A DNA stretch of 64,000 bases, from contig CAMOID010000002.1 in assembly GCA_946615975.1 (NCBI GenBank), positions 7,808-71,807 on the forward strand, written 5' to 3'. Made by a program: the position numbers and the translations under genes. The DNA is from an uncultured Bacillales bacterium. Its GTDB lineage: Bacteria; Bacillota_I; Bacilli_A; RF39; UBA660. Shown here in pieces: positions 58,262 through 64,000 of this stretch (its first letter is position 1; each line of letters begins with the position of its first letter). The notes beneath the pieces were generated by a model. It ran no database searches and was not told where the DNA came from. It saw nothing but the letters and a program-made list of their open reading frames with translations.

Positions 58262-58286
58262 AAAAAAAACTAGGATTAACCTAGTT
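58262..58286 (-). terminator. Terminator after the PPIase gene
   Basis: Stem aactagg/cctagtt (58268-58274 / 58280-58286) followed by a T8 run on the minus strand. Confidence 0.7.
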
Positions 58287-58880
58287 TATTACTTCAATTG
58301 TTTCAATAACTGGTTGATTATCAGTAGCAATTGTACCATTGTTATCTAAAGCTGTTGGAGCAACTTTTTCAGTAATTTTATCTACTACTTCCATACCTTC
58401 TGTTACATGTCCAAATGCTGCATAATTACCATCTAAGAATGTTGCATCAGCATTAGTAATAAAGAATTGAGATGAAGCAGAATCTTTTACTGAAGTTCTA
58501 GCCATAGATATAACTCCTCTTACATGAGATATATTATTTTCTACTCCATTTGAACTAAATTCACCTTTTATAGTTTCAGCATGTTTTCCTGCTGTTTCTC
58601 CATTTCCACCTTGGATCATAAAATTATCCATGATTCTATGGAATGTTAATCCATCATAGAAATGTTCATTTACTAACTTAACAAAATTAGTAACTGTTAT
58701 AGGTGCTGTATCTGCATCTAATTCTAATTTAATATCTCCATATTCTTTTACTTTAATTAAAATATTTACTTTACCTGTCATTTTTTCATCTTCCTTTTTT
58801 GTTTTTTTATATACAATTAATCCTCCTAATAGGACTAAAAATATTAATATAAATATTATTGCTGTCTTTTTACTCATCAT
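58281..58880 (-). CDS. Membrane-anchored cyclophilin-type peptidyl-prolyl cis-trans isomerase
   Basis: N-terminal TM, then FHRIMDNFMIQGG, GVISMAR and SQFFI cyclophilin motifs. Confidence 0.88.
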   Translation of the reverse strand: MMSKKTAIIFILIFLVLLGGLIVYKKTKKEDEKMTGKVNILIKVKEYGDIKLELDADTAPITVTNFVKLVNEHFYDGLTFHRIMDNFMIQGGNGETAGKHAETIKGEFSSNGVENNISHVRGVISMARTSVKDSASSQFFITNADATFLDGNYAAFGHVTEGMEVVDKITEKVAPTALDNNGTIATDNQPVIETIEVIN

Positions 58881-58895
58881 GATTCTCCTTATTAA

Positions 58896-59174
58896 TTATG
58901 AATTAAAAGTTCCTGTTATTGCCATCATTAAAATAATGATGAATATAAGAACCCAAAACCATAGTTGGTTTGCATAACTATCTTCTACTACTAACTTTCT
59001 ACCTTTCATATAAAGGTCATTCTTTTCCCAGTTATTAGTAGATAAATCTCTTTCAAATTTATCACATGCATCTGTAGAAGAATTCATATACTTCTTACAT
59101 TTTTTGCACATATATATTCCATCTTTTTTCTTATCTTTTGTATTTAAAAATTCGCAGTCAGAACAAAACCTCAT
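58896..59174 (-). CDS. Small zinc-ribbon protein with a C-terminal TM segment
   Basis: CSDC...CKKC Cys pairs plus WFWVLIFIIILMMAITGTF. Confidence 0.45.
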   Translation of the reverse strand: MRFCSDCEFLNTKDKKKDGIYMCKKCKKYMNSSTDACDKFERDLSTNNWEKNDLYMKGRKLVVEDSYANQLWFWVLIFIIILMMAITGTFNS

Positions 59175-59223
59175 AGTAATCCCCTCTTACTAATAAAAAT
59201 TATAATATTAAATATGATAGTTG

Positions 59224-59255
59224 TCAAAAATAAAAGTGGATTATAAATCCACTTT
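59224..59255 (-). terminator. Hairpin/terminator after the DivIVA-domain gene
   Basis: Stem aaagtggatt/aatccacttt (59233-59242 / 59246-59255) followed by TTATTTTT on the minus strand. Confidence 0.55.
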
Positions 59256-59678
59256 ATCAATGTCATTTATTAGTTCGGCTTGTTGATCTACTAAATCTTT
59301 AAGTCTTCTTTTATATATCATTATATTTCTTCTAGTTCTTTGGGCTTCTTCTTCATATTTTTCTGCTTTTGTTAAAGCATCATTTATTATACGGTTAGCA
59401 TTTTTCTTAGCTTCAGTAATAATTAAATCACTTTCACTTATAGATTGATTTTGATATTTTTGAGATGATTCTTCAGCTATAGTAACAGCTCTATTTAAAG
59501 TTTCATCCATCTTTTTATAATGTTCTAGTTCTTTATTTAGTCTATCGATTTCCATGTCTTTTTGTTTCATCTTTGTAATCATGTCATCTACATTTGTAAC
59601 TACATCATCTACAAAAGCATTAACTTCATTGACATTGTAACCATAGAGACTTTTATCAAACTTTCTCATATGCTTCAC
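59241..59678 (-). CDS. divIVA: DivIVA-domain cell-division protein
   Basis: FDKSLYGYNVNEVNAFVDDVV (DivIVA N-terminal lipid-binding motif) followed by coiled coil. Adjacent to sepF. Confidence 0.7.
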   Translation of the reverse strand: MKHMRKFDKSLYGYNVNEVNAFVDDVVTNVDDMITKMKQKDMEIDRLNKELEHYKKMDETLNRAVTIAEESSQKYQNQSISESDLIITEAKKNANRIINDALTKAEKYEEEAQRTRRNIMIYKRRLKDLVDQQAELINDIDKVDL

Positions 59679-59703
59679 CCTCTAGAAATATAATATGTTA
59701 ATT

Positions 59704-60114
59704 CTAGAAATCGTCTATTTCGTCTTCTATTTTCTTTTTACCTTTTTTATCATCTTCGTCAGAAATACGACCTTCTACATCAACATTCTTTGGAGTACAA
59801 AGATAAATACCATTGCCTAATCTTTGCATATCTCCATTAATAGCATAAAGAGTTCCACTTAAAAAGTCAATAATTCTTTTAGCTTGATCACTAGTAACTC
59901 TCTTTAAATTTACTACTACAGAATTCTTTCTTTTTAAGTTATCAGCAATTTGTTGAGATTCAGAGAATGCTCTAGGTTCAACAAGAACCATTTTGCTTCC
60001 ACCTTTAACTATATCTTTTTCTTTTACATCAGATGATTCTATATCGTCATCATCATAGTCTATTTCTTCATTGTTTGGAAATAATGAATTTTTAATTTTA
60101 TCTTTAAGATTCAT
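59704..60114 (-). CDS. sepF: Cell division protein SepF
   Basis: [66 protein letters not shown]. Confidence 0.88.
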   Translation of the reverse strand: MNLKDKIKNSLFPNNEEIDYDDDDIESSDVKEKDIVKGGSKMVLVEPRAFSESQQIADNLKRKNSVVVNLKRVTSDQAKRIIDFLSGTLYAINGDMQRLGNGIYLCTPKNVDVEGRISDEDDKKGKKKIEDEIDDF

Positions 60115-60179
60115 ACTTCATCCTCCATATACTAATCTATTATACATATATAATAACATATTTTAGACTTTATATACAA

Positions 60180-60209
60180 TAAAAAAAGAAGAATATTACT
60201 ATTCTTCTT
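60180..60209 (-). terminator. Terminator after glyQS
   Basis: Stem aagaagaat/attcttctt (60186-60194 / 60201-60209) followed by a T-run on the minus strand. Confidence 0.7.
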
Positions 60210-61596
60210 AGAATTCTAATTTAGATTCAATATATGGTTTTACTTCTTCTAATTTAAGAGTAATTTGTTCCATTGTATCTCTATCTCTTAAAGTAACTGT
60301 ACCATTATTGATTGTTTCATCATCAATAGTAATACAGAATGGTGTACCAACTGCATCAGCTCTTCTATAACGTTTTCCAATGTTACCTGATTCATCATAT
60401 GAAACCATGAATGATTTAGATAATTCTTGGAATATTTCATTAGCTTTTTCACCATGAATTTTCTTTACTAATGGTAATACTGCTACTTTATATGGAGCTA
60501 AATATGGTTTAAGAGCTAATACTTCTCTTTCTGTACCATCTTCTAATGTTTCTTTCTTATAAGCTTCAGTTAATAAAGCAAGTACTAATCTATCTACACC
60601 AACTGATGGTTCAATTACATATGGTGTATATTTTTCATTTGTTTCTGGATCTAAATATTGTAAGTTTTGTTTAGAATGTTCCATGTGAACTGAAAGGTCA
60701 TAGTCAGTTCTATCAGCTATACCCCAAAGTTCTCCCCATCCCATTGGGAACATATATTCAATATCAGTAGTTGCTTTAGAATAGAATGATAATTCTTCTT
60801 TAGCATGATCTCTATATCTACAATTTTCTTTAGATAATCCTAATGTTTCTAGGAAATCTAAACAATTTTGTTTCCAGAATTTAAACCATTCTAAGTCAGT
60901 TCCTGGTTTGCAGAAGAATTCAAGTTCCATTTGTTCAAATTCTCTTGTTCTAAAAATAAAGTTACCTGGAGTAATTTCATTTCTAAATGATTTACCAATT
61001 TGACCAATACCAAATGGTACTTTAGCTCTCATACTTCTTTGTACATTTAAGAAGTTAACAAATATACCTTGAGCTGTTTCTCCTCTTAGATAAACAATTG
61101 ATTTAGAATCTTCTGTTACACCTTGATGAGTTTCAAATAATAAATTGAATTTTCTGATTGGAGTAAAATCACATGATCCACATTTTGGACATGGTACATG
61201 ATTTTCAGCAATGAACTTTTCTAATTTTTCATTATCCCATCCATCACCAGTTTCTTCTCCATGAGTAAATTCTTCAATAAGCTTATCTGCTCTTTCTCTA
61301 CTCTTACATTTCTTACAATCAATTAATGGATCAGCAAATGATGCAACATGTCCTGATGCAACCCATACTTCTGGATTCATAAGAATCGCTGAATCTAATC
61401 CATAATTTCTATATTCAGCATTAGTGTTTTCTTGAATGAATTTCTTCCACCATGCATTTTTAACATTATTCTTTAATTCTCTTCCTAATGAACCATAATC
61501 CCATGAATTTGCTAATCCTCCATAGATTTCAGATCCTTGGAATATATATCCATATTGTTTACAATAATTAACTAATTCTTCCATATTTTTTGCCAT
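60208..61596 (-). CDS. glyQS: Glycine--tRNA ligase, homodimeric (alpha2, GlyQS) type
   Basis: 462 aa; YGGLANSWDYGSLG, FRNEITPGNFIFRTREFEQMELEFF (class II motif 2), and a C-terminal anticodon-binding domain. Confidence 0.93.
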   Translation of the reverse strand: MAKNMEELVNYCKQYGYIFQGSEIYGGLANSWDYGSLGRELKNNVKNAWWKKFIQENTNAEYRNYGLDSAILMNPEVWVASGHVASFADPLIDCKKCKSRERADKLIEEFTHGEETGDGWDNEKLEKFIAENHVPCPKCGSCDFTPIRKFNLLFETHQGVTEDSKSIVYLRGETAQGIFVNFLNVQRSMRAKVPFGIGQIGKSFRNEITPGNFIFRTREFEQMELEFFCKPGTDLEWFKFWKQNCLDFLETLGLSKENCRYRDHAKEELSFYSKATTDIEYMFPMGWGELWGIADRTDYDLSVHMEHSKQNLQYLDPETNEKYTPYVIEPSVGVDRLVLALLTEAYKKETLEDGTEREVLALKPYLAPYKVAVLPLVKKIHGEKANEIFQELSKSFMVSYDESGNIGKRYRRADAVGTPFCITIDDETINNGTVTLRDRDTMEQITLKLEEVKPYIESKLEF

Positions 61597-61598
61597 AT

Positions 61599-62159
61599 TT
61601 ATTCTTCTCCTTCTTTATCTAATTCTAATTGTTTTAAATAAAATTCTAATCCTTGAATATTATTTATTATATTAAATTCTTTTAAATCATTTTGATTACA
61701 AAATTTACTTTCATACATACCTTTAAGCATATTTATAATTGGTGTATAGAAATTATTATAGTTAAATAATATAATTGGTTTCTTATCATAATTAGAACAT
61801 CTTCTATAATCTAACATTGATGTAAATTCAGCAAGTGTTCCAATTCCTCCAGGTAATATTACAATTATATCTGCTATTTCATATAATCTTTTTGTTCTAT
61901 CAAATGTTTTAGGTACAATTTCTTTAGCATCTAAATCTAAATCTTCAATATATTCAGAATCTTGTACAGTTGCTACTGCTTTTACTTTTGATTCTTCGTA
62001 TTTAAATGTCATGTAACATTTTTCCATCATACCTTTGTCAAATCCACCAAATACTAACTTATGACCTCGTTTTGCAAATACTTCTGAAACATTACAAGCA
62101 AGTTCATAATATTCTTTAGCAAGTGAACTACTGGCAGAACATGCAATAAATACTTTCAT
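61599..62159 (-). CDS. LOG-family (TIGR00730-type) nucleotide 5'-monophosphate nucleosidase
   Basis: LPGGIGTLAEFTSML (PGGxGTxxE) and FGGFDKGMM. I prefer the ATG at 62159 (AGGAGG RBS); the ORF-track start at 62165 is a GTG inside the RBS. The stop lies 2 nt before the glyQS ATG. Confidence 0.8.
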   Translation of the reverse strand: MKVFIACSASSSLAKEYYELACNVSEVFAKRGHKLVFGGFDKGMMEKCYMTFKYEESKVKAVATVQDSEYIEDLDLDAKEIVPKTFDRTKRLYEIADIIVILPGGIGTLAEFTSMLDYRRCSNYDKKPIILFNYNNFYTPIINMLKGMYESKFCNQNDLKEFNIINNIQGLEFYLKQLELDKEGEE

Positions 62160-62174
62160 ATACACCTCCTAATA

Positions 62175-62242
62175 AATAAAAAATGAGAACAATCATATAT
62201 GGGCGTTATATTAACGCTGTTCCACCATACTTTGTTCTCATT
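62175..62242 (-). promoter_or_regulatory. T-box-like antiterminator/terminator element in the LOG-glyQS leader
   Basis: Minus strand: AAUGAGAACAA - AGUAUGG - UGGAACA - GCGUUA-AUA-UAACGC - CCAUAU - AUGA - UUGUUCUCAUU - UUUUU. The inner part is a 5-bp helix, a 7-nt bulge containing UGGA, and a 6-bp helix, which is the T-box antiterminator layout. No canonical Stem I is visible. Confidence 0.35.
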
Positions 62243-62299
62243 GGTATTCTATATAGCTGTTAGGTTTCCAAGCCCGTCATTGCTTCTTTTAATACATAA

Positions 62300-62327
62300 A
62301 TTATAACACATTAATTATAATTTTCAA
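62300..62327 (-). promoter_or_regulatory. Promoter of the LOG-glyQS operon (extended -10)
   Basis: Minus strand TTGAAA-16 nt-TATAAT, with TGt immediately upstream of the -10. Confidence 0.55.
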
Positions 62328-62330
62328 TAA

Positions 62331-62999
62331 CTACTTATTATTACTTTGTTTTATTTTTTTATTTAAGAATAAAAGCCCAATAGATATTAAATATGATACT
62401 AATAATATAATTGGGAATGATATAAACATGTTATAAATATTTCCTCTTACAAATCCATAGAAATCATATACATATGTTAATCCACCTTCATTTATATGAA
62501 GGATAATATTTAAAACATAGAATATTGAATATAATAACATTGGAATAATTCCAAGGAATGCATATTTATATTTAACTTCATGTTTTTCAATTACTATATA
62601 ACTTATAATAGCAAGTATTGGTGCTATTAAATGATATATTAAATTATTATTAGAATACATTGCTAATACTCCATATTGAGGTACTAAGAATAATAATGTA
62701 ACTAAGAATGTTAATGTTATAGCTGAAGTACCAACAAATTTTAATATATACATATAATTAGGTATTTCTTTTATATCTCCTTTTATTAATCTTATTTCAA
62801 ATATAGCAAATGCTAATGCAATAAGTCCCATTAGAATATTAGAATCAACAGTAAAGAATTTAAACATTGCTATTTTTTCTGTTTCTAATAATGAACTACC
62901 GCCCATGAATTTTATTCCTAAAAACATAAATATAGTTGCAATAGTAATTAATATAAATGTAATTATATTTAATACTAAAGATACTTTAATTTTTTTCAT
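62331..62999 (-). CDS. Polytopic membrane protein of unknown function (222 aa, about 6 TM)
   Basis: Hydrophobicity pattern only. Confidence 0.5.
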   Translation of the reverse strand: MKKIKVSLVLNIITFILITIATIFMFLGIKFMGGSSLLETEKIAMFKFFTVDSNILMGLIALAFAIFEIRLIKGDIKEIPNYMYILKFVGTSAITLTFLVTLLFLVPQYGVLAMYSNNNLIYHLIAPILAIISYIVIEKHEVKYKYAFLGIIPMLLYSIFYVLNIILHINEGGLTYVYDFYGFVRGNIYNMFISFPIILLVSYLISIGLLFLNKKIKQSNNK

Positions 63000-63047
63000 A
63001 TTATCACCTTACATATAAATTATATACTTTAAATATTAAAAAATAAA

Positions 63048-63076
63048 TAAAAAACATCTAATAACTATTAGATGTT
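63048..63076. terminator. Terminator after the DUF4186 gene
   Basis: Stem aacatctaat/attagatgtt (63053-63062 / 63067-63076) with flanking A/T runs. Confidence 0.7.
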
Positions 63077-63080
63077 TTTC

Positions 63081-63437
63081 TTATTTCATATAATTTTCAT
63101 ATTCTTTTATTATCCATGTAATTAATAATTTATAAATATAATTACATTCATCTTTAGTTAATTCTCTTCCCTTTTCTATGTGATGCCATTTTTCTAAACA
63201 TCCTCTGCAACAACATGCACATGCATGCATTGCCATGAAAGTTGGATGACCTTTCATAGGTGTTTGTTTACCATCATTTTTAGGATTAGCAGGTTGTAGT
63301 TTTTCTTTAATAAAATCTACTGTATGAGATTTAACTACATCCATACCTTTTTCATTAATATAATCAATCATGTATTTTCTTAAATGAAAACTACTTCTAA
63401 ATTTAGATTTAGATAATTTATATAAAATATCTTCCAT
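63081..63437 (-). CDS. DUF4186-family Cys-rich protein
   Basis: GHPTFMAMHACACCCRGCLEKWHHI matches the conserved core of DUF4186 as I recall it. Confidence 0.6.
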   Translation of the reverse strand: MEDILYKLSKSKFRSSFHLRKYMIDYINEKGMDVVKSHTVDFIKEKLQPANPKNDGKQTPMKGHPTFMAMHACACCCRGCLEKWHHIEKGRELTKDECNYIYKLLITWIIKEYENYMK

Positions 63438-64000
63438 CTATATTCTTAATGGATCTATATCTAATTCTAAATTAATATCTTTATTCATTATATATTGTTC
63501 ATCTAAATCTTTTAATGTTTTAAATAGTTTATCATCTTTTCTATATTTAATAGTTATTTGAAAACGCATGATATTGTTTATCTTAAATATAGCTGCTGTT
63601 GTAGGACCTAATACAATAGTAGTATCATCTACATTCTTTCTAATATAATCAGCTATCTTATTTACTTCTTTAGATAATACATCATATTTTTTAGAAGTTA
63701 CTTTTAAACTTATTAAATAATAATAAGGTGGATATTTAAGTTTTCTTCTAATATCCATTTCATAGTTATAGTTAGACATATAATCATGATTTAAAACATT
63801 TAGTAATGTTTTATTATCAGGATTAAATGTTTGTATAATTACTTTACCTTTTAAATTACTTCTACCAGCTCTTCCTGATACTTGAGCAAGTAAACTAAAT
63901 GTATTTTCTCCTGATCTAAAATCAGGTATATTTAATGATTCATCTGCATTTACTATACCTACTAATGTTACTTTAGGAAAATCTAAACCTTTAGATATCA
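63438..64000 (-). CDS. priA: Primosomal protein N' (PriA helicase), C-terminal part; the gene continues past the right edge
   Basis: The frame stays open from 64000 and reads DISKGLDFPKVTLVGIVNADESLNIPDFRSGENTFSLLAQVSGRAGR...VIIQTFNPD...YPPYYYL (helicase motifs V/VI and the C-terminal domain). The ORF track shows only the part from an internal Met (63779). Confidence 0.85.
   Translation of the reverse strand, partial: ISKGLDFPKVTLVGIVNADESLNIPDFRSGENTFSLLAQVSGRAGRSNLKGKVIIQTFNPDNKTLLNVLNHDYMSNYNYEMDIRRKLKYPPYYYLISLKVTSKKYDVLSKEVNKIADYIRKNVDDTTIVLGPTTAAIFKINNIMRFQITIKYRKDDKLFKTLKDLDEQYIMNKDINLELDIDPLRI

Noticed and set aside
1-64000. A search for CRISPR arrays, IS elements, integrases, prophage genes, toxin-antitoxin pairs, rRNA genes and long direct repeats, and for Mollicutes-type code 4 (TGA read as Trp).
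   Set aside because: I saw none of these elements. No repeat-spacer periodicity or transposase/integrase motifs are present. Long conserved proteins such as RpoB, RpoC and DnaK are uninterrupted under the standard code, and Trp is encoded by TGG, so code 11 applies.

Overview
This is a 64-kb stretch of a strongly AT-rich, low-GC Firmicutes-type chromosome. Gene order resembles Bacillus and the standard genetic code is used. An Erysipelotrichia/Clostridia-like source is my guess and cannot be verified here. I count about 60 protein genes and three singleton tRNAs (Met-CAT, Arg-TCT, His-GTG), each tRNA with its own promoter-like and terminator-like signals. There is no rRNA, CRISPR array, transposase, integrase or phage gene. 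All but four CDS and one tRNA lie on the minus strand, and most operons end in clear hairpin plus T-run terminators. Content from left to right: a DUF853 ATPase (partial), PPi-type phosphofructokinase, an 810-aa SigA-like sigma factor, a GGDEF protein, yneF-yceD-rpmF, helD, obg, Smr / PfkB-like / TPR / ADP-ribosylglycohydrolase genes, an LCP ligase, and an OhrR-controlled gpx-trxB-trxA-ohrR-SDR operon. These are followed by dut, a Crp/Fnr regulator, CIRCE-hrcA-grpE-dnaK-pepF-dnaJ, a sortase-anchored protein, ybxB-like-rpoB-rpoC, greA, and the conserved ireB-ruvX-yrzB-mltG-trmR-yrrN-yrrO block. The right side holds trx, cvpA, rnhC, holA, an ABC-importer / LicC-like / YidC::TagF operon, a PPIase, sepF-divIVA, LOG-glyQS, DUF4186 and priA (partial). 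Most of the window is housekeeping. The observations I rate highest are listed here. (1) A six-gene, translationally coupled operon joins a phospho(no)-compound-type ABC importer, a wHTH-LicC cytidylyltransferase and a YidC::TagF fusion protein. Its promoter spacer contains the only G7/C7 homopolymer in the window, which makes it a phase-variation candidate. (2) The housekeeping-type sigma factor carries a ~325-aa C-terminal extension with a duplicated region-4-like HTH and an AT-hook-like motif. (3) RpoC has a ~105-aa Ig-like insertion just downstream of the catalytic NADFDGD motif. (4) pepF is inserted between dnaK and dnaJ. (5) A compact T-box-like leader precedes LOG-glyQS. All functional assignments rest on motif recognition and synteny by eye. 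No database search was possible.
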